64,000 bases of DNA, from assembly GCA_037200925.1 (NCBI GenBank), contig JBBCGO010000001.1, forward strand, positions 696,235 through 760,234, read 5' to 3'. A model generated the notes under the pieces. The model saw only the letters and a program-made list of their open reading frames with translations. It ran no database searches and was not told the origin of the DNA. The stretch comes from Candidatus Doudnabacteria bacterium (GTDB lineage Bacteria; Patescibacteriota; Doudnabacteria; UBA920; O2-02-FULL-48-8). Shown here piece by piece: positions 32,401 to 40,204 of this stretch (its first letter is position 1; every line of letters starts with the position of its first letter). The translations under genes and the position numbers were made by a program.

Positions 32401-35400
32401 AGCATTCTTAGCCAATGGTACTGCAGGACAAGTTCTTCAAAGCAACGGCACAACCCTGGCTCCTACTTGGGTTGCAGCTGCTACCGGAACACTGACCGGA
32501 TTATCGGTTGTATCAGCAAATGGTTTTGCCGGATCTTCCAGCGGCGGCACCACCCCTGCTATTACTATCTCAACCACGATCACAGGATTACTAAAGGGGA
32601 ATGGAACAGCCATATCTGCTGCCACAGCAGGCACTGATTATTCCCTGGGAACCTCTGCTTTAGCCACCGGTATCTTAAAGAGCACCACCACTACAGGGGC
32701 ATTAAGTATTGCAGTGCCGGCGGACTTCCCGGTATTGAACCAGAACACTACTGGCTCTGCCGCAACATTAACAACCCCCCGCCTAATCAACGGGGTATCC
32801 TTCAATGGTTCTGCTGACATCACAGTTACAGCAGCAGCAGGAACTCTGACAGGAACAACCCTGGCAGCAGGAGTCACAGCTTCATCTCTAACATCTGTAG
32901 GAACATTGGCAGGCTTGACTGTCACAGCTCCGATAGTAGGAAGTATCACAGGCAATGCGGCAACAGCAACCACTGCTACTTCTGCCACTAACCTTGCCGG
33001 AGGATTAGGAGGCCAGATCCCTTACCAATCAGCTGCAGGAACAACAGCATTCTTAGCCAATGGTACTGCAGGACAAGTTCTTCAAAGCAACGGCACAACA
33101 TTAGCTCCGACTTGGGTAGTTCCAAGTTCAATAGCAGCAGCAGGAACTCTGACAGGAACCACTCTTGCAGCCAATGTGGTTAATTCATCCTTAACATCTG
33201 TAGGAACATTGGCAGGCCTTACTGTCACAGCTCCGATAGTAGGAAGTATCACAGGTTCCTCCGGTTCTACCACAGGCAATGCTGCTACAGCTACCACTCT
33301 TGCAACCCCCCGCCTAATCAACGGGGTATCATTCAACGGTTCTGCCGACATCACAGTTACAGCAGCAGCAGGAACTCTGACAGGAACAACCCTGGCAGCA
33401 GGAGTCACAGCTTCATCTCTAACATCTGTAGGAACATTGGCAGGATTGACTGTCACAGCTCCGATAGTAGGAAGTATTACGGGGAATGCCGGGAGTGCTA
33501 CTACTGCTACCAACGCTACTAATACCGGAATAACAGATGATACTACTACCAATGCATCGGTATATCCGACCTGGGTAACTGCTAATACAGGAAACCTGCC
33601 TCAAAAAGTTTCTTCAACCAAACTTTTCTTCAACCCTTCTACCGGGTTATTAACTTCTACAGGATTTGCAGGGCCTCTAACAGGAAATGTAACCGGTAAT
33701 GTTACTGGTTCCTCCGGTTCTACCACAGGCAATGCTGCTACAGCTACCACTCTTGCCACCCCCCGCCTAATCAACGGGGTATCCTTCAATGGTTCTGCTG
33801 ACATCACAGTTACAGCAGCAGCAGGAACTCTGACAGGAACAACCCTGGCAGCAGGAGTCACAGCTTCATCTCTAACATCTGTAGGAACATTGGCAGGCTT
33901 GACTGTCACAGCTCCGATAGTAGGAAGTATCACAGGCAATGCGGCAACAGCAACCACTGCTACTTCTGCCACTAACCTTGCCGGAGGATTAGGAGGCCAG
34001 ATCCCTTACCAATCAGCTGCAGGAACAACAGCATTCTTAGCCAATGGTACTGCAGGACAAGTTCTTCAAAGCAACGGCACAACATTAGCTCCGACTTGGG
34101 TAGTTCCAAGTTCAATAGCAGCAGCAGGAACTCTGACAGGAACCACTCTTGCAGCCAATGTGGTTAATTCATCCTTAACATCTGTAGGAACATTGGCAGG
34201 CCTTACTGTCACAGCTCCGATAGTAGGAAGTATCACAGGTTCCTCCGGTTCTACCACAGGCAATGCTGCTACAGCCACTGCTTTGCAGACACCACGAGCT
34301 ATTAATGGAGTAAACTTCGATGGCACTGCTCCGATTACTATCACAGCGGCAGCAGGCACATTAACAGGAGCTACATTAGCAGCCAATGTACTTGCCTCGT
34401 CCTTAACATCCGTAGGAACACTTACGAGTCTTTCTACTTCCGGCCAGATCACATCAAGTCTTGCGACAGGAACTGCACCATTTATCGTCGCCTCCACTAC
34501 AAATGTTGCCAATCTAAATGCTTCTTCTTTGAACGGCGCAACCTTTGCCGCTCCAGGAGCCATCGGAAGCGGAACAGCCAGCACCGGGGCTTTCACCGGA
34601 CTTACTCTAGCTGGTCTTGCCGGCAACAACGCCGTGCTCTATGCCACAACCGGCACTGGAGTTGTAGCAACAGCTCCTACTTCTACCGCAGGCTTATGTT
34701 TAACCTCCGGAGCTGGGGCGGGATTTGTTCCTGTTTGGGCCGCTTGCGGCGGAGCAACTCCTACATTACAAACAGTTTATGCCGCGGCTTCCGGCAACAC
34801 CATTACTACTACTGATGCCAGAAACATTGCTTTCACTTTTGCTGATACCGCTACTGACCAATCCTTGACCTTAACTCAGCAGGGAACTGCTCCTTCCTTG
34901 ATCGTGGATGATACCAATGCCGGCACCAACACTGCCATAGACATCAGATCAGGCGGAGCGACCAAGCTGACTATTAATGAGCTGGGAACTATCTCTACTT
35001 CGGGAAACATTACAGTCAGCGGCACCGGCACCATTACCTCCGCAGGATTAGTTACAGCATCAGCCGGCCTAACTGTTACGACCGGAGATCTGGCTATCAC
35101 CGGCGGCAACTTATCCTTGGGCGGCACACAAAGGATCTCCAATGCCGGAGTGGGAGCGTTCATCACCGGCACAACAATCGGCTCCATGACTTTTACTACA
35201 AACAACATCGCAGACTCAGGAGCATTAACTATCAAATCGGCCGGCACTAATCCTTTAACCTTAGACTCGGGTACTACCGGAACAATTAATATTGGCACGG
35301 GTACTGCAGGCAAAACCATCAACATTGGGACAGACAATACAACTGCCGACACGATTGTCATTGGTTCTCCTTTAGATACCATAAGACTTGGCAAGTTTTC

Positions 35401-36895
35401 AGCAGTGAACGGAGTATTGTATGTGGACAATGCCAATGGCAATGTCTCTGAAACTGCCGCTTCAACAGGTATTCAATGTTTGCAAACTTCCGGCGTCGGC
35501 ACAGCTCCGATCTGGGGAGCTTGCGGTGGCGGCGGGACTCTGCAAGCAGCTTACAACTCAGGAAATACAATTCTGACCACAGCTGCCAGCAACGTTACTA
35601 TTACGGATATTGCCGGGACTCAACTCGCGGTGAATATGAATGGTGGAGTTGCTCCGACAGTTGATATGGTTAACATTTCAAATGCCACTGGCGTCACGAC
35701 TGCGGGTGTCAGCGGTTTGCAGATCACTTATCTGGGAGGCGCGGCAGCGGTGGAAGCTTCCGGGGAACGAATTGATATTACTGGAGGTACTACGGCGGGC
35801 GGCATTTGGAATGGATTGAGACTGACACAGGGAACGGTTACGCCCGGTATAACGGTCCAGGATCTTAAATTGGAAACAGCGACACTGACTCAATCTACAG
35901 CTGCAACAACGAATATTAACGGCTTGAATTTGGGTGTAGCCGGAGCTTTAGTTCAACAGACTTTGGCTGGTGCAATCAACTGGGACGGCTTAAATATTAC
36001 TACTCCCGCTTTAACAGAGACAACGGGAACCGTGATTGCTAATGGCTTGAATATAACTCCTGGTTCAGCCGGGGTGGGAGCCGAGCTGAACGGTATTAAT
36101 ATAGGCAACTCTGCCGGGGGCGCATCTACCCAGGAATCAGCAATTAAAGTAGGTACCGGTTGGGACAATATTCTCAGCAGCCCTAATGCATCGATAACGG
36201 GAGCAGGCGCCATGACAGTCACTTCTTGTACCGGTTGCGGAACCTTGATCGGAGTACAGACGTTCGTCAACGGCAACGTTACATACACAAAAACAGCAGG
36301 AACAACCAATGCGATCATTGAACTCTGGGGTGGCGGCGGCGCTGGCGGCAGCTGTACAGCCGTAGCCGGATGCGCAGCTGGCGGCGGAGGCTCCGGCGGT
36401 TACGCGCGATATTACTTTACTGGTATGGGGGCCGGACCTTTCACAATCGCTGTGGGTGCTGGTGGAACTGCTGTCGCTGGAGCCACGGGTAATACCGGAG
36501 GCATAACCACATTCAACACAGGCGTAACCACAATAACTGCAAACGGCGGCTTGGGTGGAACAACGGCGGCAGGCACTGCAGTTATTAAATATGTGGCAGG
36601 TGGAGCAGGAGGCGGTATTTCCACAAACGGCACAGTGAACCTTGCCGGCGCTCCGGGAGGCTCAGGCATGACCAGTACTGTTGTCACAACAGAATCATCA
36701 GGATTTGGTGGGTCAACATCTCTTGGCGGCGGCGGTGTAGCAGTTACAAATAATATTGGCGCAACAGCGCTAGCCGGTATTGCGGCAATTGCAAATACAG
36801 GGTCCGGCGGTTCGGGCGCAGCAACAGGCACAACAACATTGGCAACAGGAGGGGCGGGAGCCGGGGGCAGAATCATTATCTATGAGTTCAGATAA
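23462..36895 (+). CDS. giant secreted Thr/Gly/Ala-rich fibre/adhesin with phage-tail-fibre-like repeats (4477 aa)
   Basis: Signal/TM N-terminus, YQGRLTD domain, repeated ATxLxTPRLINGVxFxGxADIT, 4x RC(F/Y)ENxAWKxC modules, Gly-rich C-terminal domain. Confidence 0.85.
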   Translation: MSQNKIKILALKVTISILILGFVAPDIFPIQAYFIPIAQAATGVPKAFSYQGRLTDSTGALLGGAGTNYTFKFSIWDSATPPGGTRLWPASPPGSVTLNVTQGVFNVNIGDTAHGYPDALTFDFNSTDTAYLQVEVLNPATSTYETLSPRQLIASSGYAINAGTATALQTARNINGVPFNGTADITIPSNTDAGALTGTTLAANIVNSSLTLVGHLVSGTLIGTQTFTNNNISDSGGLTIDSGGALNLGTSTSTSVSIGKTGTVTTINGSLTIPNYIDFTNLTAPAYKEGRLFYDPVSKSLSFYNDLSGLSLHIGQTLWTRVKNVTGATIPKGSSVYFSGVDAFGFPTVAKAQANSPVTTQSAGVTTQDIPNGAYGYATGVGLVENLDTSAFTAGDRLFLSPTTPGGFVTTQPAAPFFSMPIGRVIKSDAVSGSIEVVATPFTIGAFTSGSMIFASPLGLTAQDNANLFWDNATKRLGIGDNTPAATLTIGNGTAGSGLFEVFGANGNVTTQGDITLANGGGSITATGGGLTLVGGAASNLSTTAGNITLQPAGAGTTANVQIGAGGAGSATPDLLVVDAKSSAGDPAGTNGAIYYNIANNRFRCFENNAWKDCDSVTAATLQVAYNNSGAITTSGSHDIAFTLTSGNFIASGAGSVNLTPTAASSFTSGGALTLTGGAASALSTTSGDLTLQAGSGTVSLGSSTNLTAATGLTISTGFGNIILHPAGAGTTATVQIGSGGAGSTAPDLFGVDTKSDAGDPAGFNGAMYYNTNSNSFRCYENGAWKNCDTTGGTTTLQSAYSAGATITTGSSTDIVFTLASGNFDVSGAGSVNLTPTGNSSFTSDANLTLTSGTATTWGTTAGDLTLQVNGVGTTGSVHIGAGAPGSNGPDLFGLDVKSTAGDPAGYNGAMYYNGSSNVFRCFENGAWKDCGATGSGGGLSLQQTYINGPTITTTASTDLALILASGDFTASGAGSVNLNPTGASSFTSGGALTLTGGAASVFGTSAGDLTLQAAGNGTTANVHIGAGGVGSATPDLLALDVKSTSGDPTGVNGSMYYNASTNRFRCYENNAWKDCDISGTDTLQTVYNNGATIVTAGSVPITFNLASGNFNVSGAGSVNLTPTGALTLTGGAASTFSTSSGALTIDSAATLNLGTTNATGVSIGKTGTVATVNGSLTIPNYIDFTNTVKPPYSEGRVFYDTTDKTLAYYNDASNSTLNIGQEEWIRVKNITGTDIADGKVVYISGSSGGIPTVALARADSPTTSQAAGITTNAIPNGSISYITNFGLIHKENTASFSAGDQIFLSATSAGDYTATRPSSPNLTVKLGYIAVSDSTLGIVLANIAPAPFQSGILGTGSIPFANSSGLLISNNNNLFWDQVNNRLGIGDNTPAATLTIGNGTPGSALFEVFGSTGNITTKGDINLAAGGTITGTGPLAITATGANALTLDTGTTGTINIGTGISGKTINIGTDNTAADTIVIGSSLDTLKLGKFNTANAIIYTANGTTDGTLASIANGTTGQCLVATTGLAPAWGTCPADASALTGTTLAASVVNSSLTSVGTLTGLTVTAPIIGSITGSSGSTTGNAATATTLETARLINGVSFNGSADITVAADAGTLTGNTLAANVVNSSLTSVGPLTGLTVIAPIAGSVTGSAATVTDAAQPAITSVGTLTGLTVTAPIVGSVTGSSGSTTGNAATATKLETPRLINGVAFDGSADITITAVAAAGTLTGTTLAANVVNSSLTSVGTLAGLTVTAPIVGSVTGSSGSTTGNAATATTLATPRLINGVSFNGSADITVTAAAGTLTGTTLAAGVTASSLTSVGTLAGLTVTAPIVGSITGNAATATTATSATNLAGGLGGQIPYQSAAGTTAFLANGTAGQVLQSNGTTLAPTWVAAATGTLTGLSVVSANGFAGSSSGGTTPAITISTTITGLLKGNGTAISAATAGTDYSLGTSALATGILKSTTTTGALSIAVPADFPVLNQNTTGSAATLTTPRLINGVSFNGSADITVTAAAGTLTGTTLAAGVTASSLTSVGTLAGLTVTAPIVGSITGNAATATTATSATNLAGGLGGQIPYQSAAGTTAFLANGTAGQVLQSNGTTLAPTWVVPSSIAAAGTLTGTTLAANVVNSSLTSVGTLAGLTVTAPIVGSITGSSGSTTGNAATATTLATPRLINGVSFNGSADITVTAAAGTLTGTTLAAGVTASSLTSVGTLAGLTVTAPIVGSITGNAGSATKLATPRLINGVAFDGTADITITAAAAAGTLTGTTLAANVVNSSLTSVGALVSGTQIASQTFTTNNIADSGALTITSGGAGNLALNSASGIVTSNGTTVTLGGSATINGGNAAAGTLTLVSTTNGTKGDIQFFSSANKITSAGALTIAGPIVASNFTGTLTGTNTGDQTITLTGDVTGSGTGTFAATIAPNAVTTGKILDGTILNADLANSTIGLLIGTSGTDVGVTGSPASLGGSLTLNIPNASATNRGVLTAADWAAFNSKQAAFGYTPEDVANKSSNVNLGTSNILYPTQNAVKTYVDNLTTGLIWQNPIENAGVIADTATPVGSPVSGDSYIINTGGNTGVWAGFSAGDLVQYQGTTWVKVKSLVVGDRFGVSFLSPTVPSGAMTGKSDNLVQVSGGTPGAFTYTFIAPVNNYAVFDQNPNSMNYGVSFTYTSSLGEWVALSANTRLSAGNGLQTVGTTVSLGALTADWNQTGVFNINTAGNVNVNGGTLGTTALTGNLFNTTATTLNIGGAATNIVLGAAGATLTGGGALTISSAPTTALTLDSGTTGTVNLATGNNGKTVNIGTGTSGDIINIGTNNTTADTISIGSALDSLSISSAHFTATSAGALTISGALSASNFSGSSSGTNTGDQTSVSGNAGTATALQTPRAINGVNFDGTAPITITAAAGTLTGTVLAANVVNSSLTSVGTLAGLTVTAPIVGSITGNAATATTATSATNLAGGLGGQIPYQSAAGTTAFLANGTAGQVLQSNGTTLAPTWVAAATGTLTGLSVVSANGFAGSSSGGTTPAITISTTITGLLKGNGTAISAATAGTDYSLGTSALATGILKSTTTTGALSIAVPADFPVLNQNTTGSAATLTTPRLINGVSFNGSADITVTAAAGTLTGTTLAAGVTASSLTSVGTLAGLTVTAPIVGSITGNAATATTATSATNLAGGLGGQIPYQSAAGTTAFLANGTAGQVLQSNGTTLAPTWVVPSSIAAAGTLTGTTLAANVVNSSLTSVGTLAGLTVTAPIVGSITGSSGSTTGNAATATTLATPRLINGVSFNGSADITVTAAAGTLTGTTLAAGVTASSLTSVGTLAGLTVTAPIVGSITGNAGSATTATNATNTGITDDTTTNASVYPTWVTANTGNLPQKVSSTKLFFNPSTGLLTSTGFAGPLTGNVTGNVTGSSGSTTGNAATATTLATPRLINGVSFNGSADITVTAAAGTLTGTTLAAGVTASSLTSVGTLAGLTVTAPIVGSITGNAATATTATSATNLAGGLGGQIPYQSAAGTTAFLANGTAGQVLQSNGTTLAPTWVVPSSIAAAGTLTGTTLAANVVNSSLTSVGTLAGLTVTAPIVGSITGSSGSTTGNAATATALQTPRAINGVNFDGTAPITITAAAGTLTGATLAANVLASSLTSVGTLTSLSTSGQITSSLATGTAPFIVASTTNVANLNASSLNGATFAAPGAIGSGTASTGAFTGLTLAGLAGNNAVLYATTGTGVVATAPTSTAGLCLTSGAGAGFVPVWAACGGATPTLQTVYAAASGNTITTTDARNIAFTFADTATDQSLTLTQQGTAPSLIVDDTNAGTNTAIDIRSGGATKLTINELGTISTSGNITVSGTGTITSAGLVTASAGLTVTTGDLAITGGNLSLGGTQRISNAGVGAFITGTTIGSMTFTTNNIADSGALTIKSAGTNPLTLDSGTTGTINIGTGTAGKTINIGTDNTTADTIVIGSPLDTIRLGKFSAVNGVLYVDNANGNVSETAASTGIQCLQTSGVGTAPIWGACGGGGTLQAAYNSGNTILTTAASNVTITDIAGTQLAVNMNGGVAPTVDMVNISNATGVTTAGVSGLQITYLGGAAAVEASGERIDITGGTTAGGIWNGLRLTQGTVTPGITVQDLKLETATLTQSTAATTNINGLNLGVAGALVQQTLAGAINWDGLNITTPALTETTGTVIANGLNITPGSAGVGAELNGINIGNSAGGASTQESAIKVGTGWDNILSSPNASITGAGAMTVTSCTGCGTLIGVQTFVNGNVTYTKTAGTTNAIIELWGGGGAGGSCTAVAGCAAGGGGSGGYARYYFTGMGAGPFTIAVGAGGTAVAGATGNTGGITTFNTGVTTITANGGLGGTTAAGTAVIKYVAGGAGGGISTNGTVNLAGAPGGSGMTSTVVTTESSGFGGSTSLGGGGVAVTNNIGATALAGIAAIANTGSGGSGAATGTTTLATGGAGAGGRIIIYEFR
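28950..34275 (+). repeat. near-identical internal direct repeats in giant gene
   Basis: About 1.2 kb at ~28950-30177 repeated at +3321; partial third copy at +4305 (antisense ORFs repeat at these offsets). Confidence 0.85.
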
Positions 36896-36897
36896 AA

Positions 36898-39489
36898 ATG
36901 ACGGAGAGAAAAACCAAATTAATATTAATAGCAGTTATTTCTGCAGGAATATTCGGAGTCGGATTTTATTTTCTTGCGTTGCCTCATCTCAATTTGAATA
37001 AAACGGCAACTACTGTAACCAAGTTGTTTGGCTCAGTATTTCCGACGCCTAAATTCCCTTCAACCGGAACGATAGAAACGCCGGTTGAAGGAACTCCCAC
37101 CGCAGTAACACCTGATGTAAACACTCCGGCTGCAGGAACATCTGCCGGTACGACACCAGCTATTGTAATACCACTTGCAACTAGACAAGCATTTGCGAGA
37201 CCGATCACCGATACGACACCACAATTGCTCGGCAAGACAATATTTAGAAAGAAAGACCAGGCGACGATACCGGTTCATCCTCGTTTCAAGAACGGTAATA
37301 CAAATATTGCTTTTTATGCATTGTGTCCGACCGTGGCTTGTCCTGCCGTCGGTACCACGGCTTCACCCAAGTATAATTTTTTTGCAGAAGATACAACTAC
37401 CGGTGATCAACCGTTTTCAAATTATTGGACTCCTGACCCTTCTTTTCATAAAATTGTAGTAGTAGAATATGTTAATGATAATCACCAATTTACGTGTTCG
37501 GATCTTAGCTTAGATCAGTGTATTGCCAATCGACATTTCATCAGTCAAACTTCTATACAACTTGTAGATGACAATGCGATAACTTTTCATATAATTACGC
37601 TCGTTGAGAACGGGACCGACGGTACGGCCGTTCCTTCTGACTTTATGGTTCACGTCAAGAATGCCGGTGCGGATGTTGCAGCAAGTCCTGCATCCGGAAC
37701 GGCAGTATTACCGGGAACTTTATATACACTTTCTGCCGGCACCTATGCTGTCAGTGAGGATGCAAATGCTCTTTACACCCAAAGCTTCAGCGGGGATTGT
37801 GATTTGACCGGCGGCATTACTCTGGTGGCAGGGGATGACAAGACATGTACCATCACCAACACTTTCGGTCCGCCGGTGACAACAACGGCCACCCTGCACG
37901 TCATTAAACAGGTTAATAACAGTAGCGGCGGCACGGCAGTTGCTTCCGACTTTAATATTCACGTCAAGAATGCCGGAGCGGATGTCGCAGGAAGCCCGAC
38001 AGTCGGAACAGCTGCGCCGGGATCTTTATATTCACTCGCTGTCGGCATATACAACGTCAGCGAAGATGCCAACACTTCTTATACGCCAAGCTTTAGCGGT
38101 AATTGTGATATAACCGGCAGCATTACTCTGGTGGCAGGGGATGACAAGACATGTACCATCACCAACAATCAAATATCTGCAAACACGACACCGGCTGCTC
38201 TTCATGTCATTAAGCTCGTAGTTAATGGAAGTGACGGCATCGCAACTTCTTCTGACTTTAATATCCACGTAAAGAATGCAGGTGGGGATGTTGTGGGAAG
38301 TCCTGCGGTCGGAGTTGCAGCACCCGGAACTTTGTATACACTTTCTGCAGGCGCGTATGCTGTCAGTGAGGATGCGAATGCCCTATACACGCAAAGCTTC
38401 AGCGGGGATTGTGATGCTGGTGGCAATGTGACGTTGCTGGCTGGCGACAATAAGACATGTACCATCACCAACACTCAAATTTCTTCAGTACCGATAGTAC
38501 CGCCACCTGGGACGGGTACAGTTTTGGCAACACTTCATGTAATCAAACTCGTGGTTAATAGCAGCGACAGCACGGCGGTTGCATCCGACTTTAATATCCA
38601 CGTAAAGAATGCCGATGTGGATGTGCCGGGGAGCCCGGCAGTCGGGGCTGCGACGCCCGGAACTTCTTATTCTCTCTCTCCCGGCACGGTTGTAATAAGC
38701 GAAGATGCCAACATCGCTTATGTACAAAGCTTTAGCGGGGATTGTGATTCGACCGGCAATATTACGCTGTCGGTTGGCGACGACAAGACATGTACGATTA
38801 CCAACACCAATATTTCTGTTCCGGTACCTACCCCTATTCCCGAGCCCACCCCAACTCCAACTACCTCGCCAGACACCACAGCACCGGTCATCATACTTAT
38901 TGGCGATCCAACGATTAATCTAAATGTCGGCGACACATATATAGAACAAGGTGCTACCGCAACAGATGATGTCGATAGCTCGGTTGCAGTTGTGGTCAGC
39001 GGGACTGTGGACACATCTACAGCCGGTACTTATATAATTCACTACAACGCCACAGACGCTGCCGACAACCCTGCGACCGAAGTTACCCGAACGATCAATG
39101 TAGCCGAATCAGTCCCAGCTTTACCCAGTACGGGATCGGGTCCTCTTATGCTAAGTAATTCATCAGGTATTATTATACTGAATGTGATCCTCGGGATAAT
39201 TTTGGCTTCGCTTGTTTTCTTGTTTATAAGGAAACGCAGGGGTAGCCCGGTTGTTAAACAGGATCAGCAAATAGACAGCACCGCGATTAGTTCTGCCCCA
39301 ACTGCACTCGTCGGGCGTAATAATCCCGAACAACCCACAGCGTCAGGGGATCATACAAGCACCGGCAATAATCAGATCGATAAGCCGCCGATCCAGACCC
39401 CCACCCCAGAGCCTACTCCGCTCCCAGCACCAAAAATAACTCCCGAACCTACACAGCCGGAAAACAATGATAAGGAAGTTTTGAAATAA
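36898..39489 (+). CDS. surface protein: 4 tandem beta-sandwich repeats, Ig-like (DUF5011-like) domain, LPxTG-TM-basic signal
   Basis: 4x HVIK..SDF..VSED..SFSGDC..DKTCTITN; DTTAPVIILIG..GATATD; LPSTG + TM + RKRR. Confidence 0.8.
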   Translation: MTERKTKLILIAVISAGIFGVGFYFLALPHLNLNKTATTVTKLFGSVFPTPKFPSTGTIETPVEGTPTAVTPDVNTPAAGTSAGTTPAIVIPLATRQAFARPITDTTPQLLGKTIFRKKDQATIPVHPRFKNGNTNIAFYALCPTVACPAVGTTASPKYNFFAEDTTTGDQPFSNYWTPDPSFHKIVVVEYVNDNHQFTCSDLSLDQCIANRHFISQTSIQLVDDNAITFHIITLVENGTDGTAVPSDFMVHVKNAGADVAASPASGTAVLPGTLYTLSAGTYAVSEDANALYTQSFSGDCDLTGGITLVAGDDKTCTITNTFGPPVTTTATLHVIKQVNNSSGGTAVASDFNIHVKNAGADVAGSPTVGTAAPGSLYSLAVGIYNVSEDANTSYTPSFSGNCDITGSITLVAGDDKTCTITNNQISANTTPAALHVIKLVVNGSDGIATSSDFNIHVKNAGGDVVGSPAVGVAAPGTLYTLSAGAYAVSEDANALYTQSFSGDCDAGGNVTLLAGDNKTCTITNTQISSVPIVPPPGTGTVLATLHVIKLVVNSSDSTAVASDFNIHVKNADVDVPGSPAVGAATPGTSYSLSPGTVVISEDANIAYVQSFSGDCDSTGNITLSVGDDKTCTITNTNISVPVPTPIPEPTPTPTTSPDTTAPVIILIGDPTINLNVGDTYIEQGATATDDVDSSVAVVVSGTVDTSTAGTYIIHYNATDAADNPATEVTRTINVAESVPALPSTGSGPLMLSNSSGIIILNVILGIILASLVFLFIRKRRGSPVVKQDQQIDSTAISSAPTALVGRNNPEQPTASGDHTSTGNNQIDKPPIQTPTPEPTPLPAPKITPEPTQPENNDKEVLK

Positions 39490-39568
39490 GAACCGGGAAC
39501 GGTTGACTTGCCATTTGAAATAATATTTGTTATCATTTGGGTACAAGAAATTAATATAAACGAAACAA

Positions 39569-40114
39569 ATGCCAAATGAAATAGATACTCCACCAGCAGG
39601 TGGAAGCACTCCTACACCAACTCCGGCTCCGAGCGAGCCGATACCAGGCGGTGTTAATCGCTGGCGCTGGGCGAACTGGACAACCAAAGCCGTAATGACT
39701 TTGGCAGTCTTACTGCTTTTAGGAGCAGTTGGAACCGCAGGATTTTTTTATAAGCAGTTGACGGATATTAAGAAAGACCCAAACAAGGTGGCTGCTGATG
39801 AAACTAATGCCACTATCAGTGCAATTGGCAAATTGATAGTTTTGCCGACCGATGAACAGCCAACGCTGGCGACCGTAACCGATCCGAGCAAACTTGCGGA
39901 TCAGCCGTTCTTTGCTTCCGCCAAAATGGGCGATAAGGTTTTGATCTACACCAATGCCAAGAAAGCCATCCTATACGATCCTGTCGCTAATAAGATCGTG
40001 GAAGTAGCGCCGATCAATATCGGCAATACTGCCGCGGCTCCAAGTGCCGTATCCGGCGCTTCAACTGACGCTTCAAAAACCTCCGCACCCGCAACCCAAA
40101 CCCCAAAGAAATAA
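39569..40114 (+). CDS. single-TM conserved hypothetical protein
   Basis: One TM; EQPTLATVTD..QPFF..GDKVLIY segment recalled as common in CPR. Confidence 0.7.
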   Translation: MPNEIDTPPAGGSTPTPTPAPSEPIPGGVNRWRWANWTTKAVMTLAVLLLLGAVGTAGFFYKQLTDIKKDPNKVAADETNATISAIGKLIVLPTDEQPTLATVTDPSKLADQPFFASAKMGDKVLIYTNAKKAILYDPVANKIVEVAPINIGNTAAAPSAVSGASTDASKTSAPATQTPKK

Positions 40115-40204
40115 AAATAGAAGAAATAGCAAACAGTAAGAAATAAATAGAATAAAACCCAGGTATGAGCCAGGGTTTTATTTTGCTATACTTTGCTTAA
40201 GAAA

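Noticed and set aside
28080-34420. CRISPR-like periodicity
   Set aside because: Repeats are in-frame coding modules without unique spacers; no cas genes
23932-36876. Many minus-strand Val/Pro/Ala ORFs
   Set aside because: Antisense of Thr/Gly/Ala codons in the giant gene
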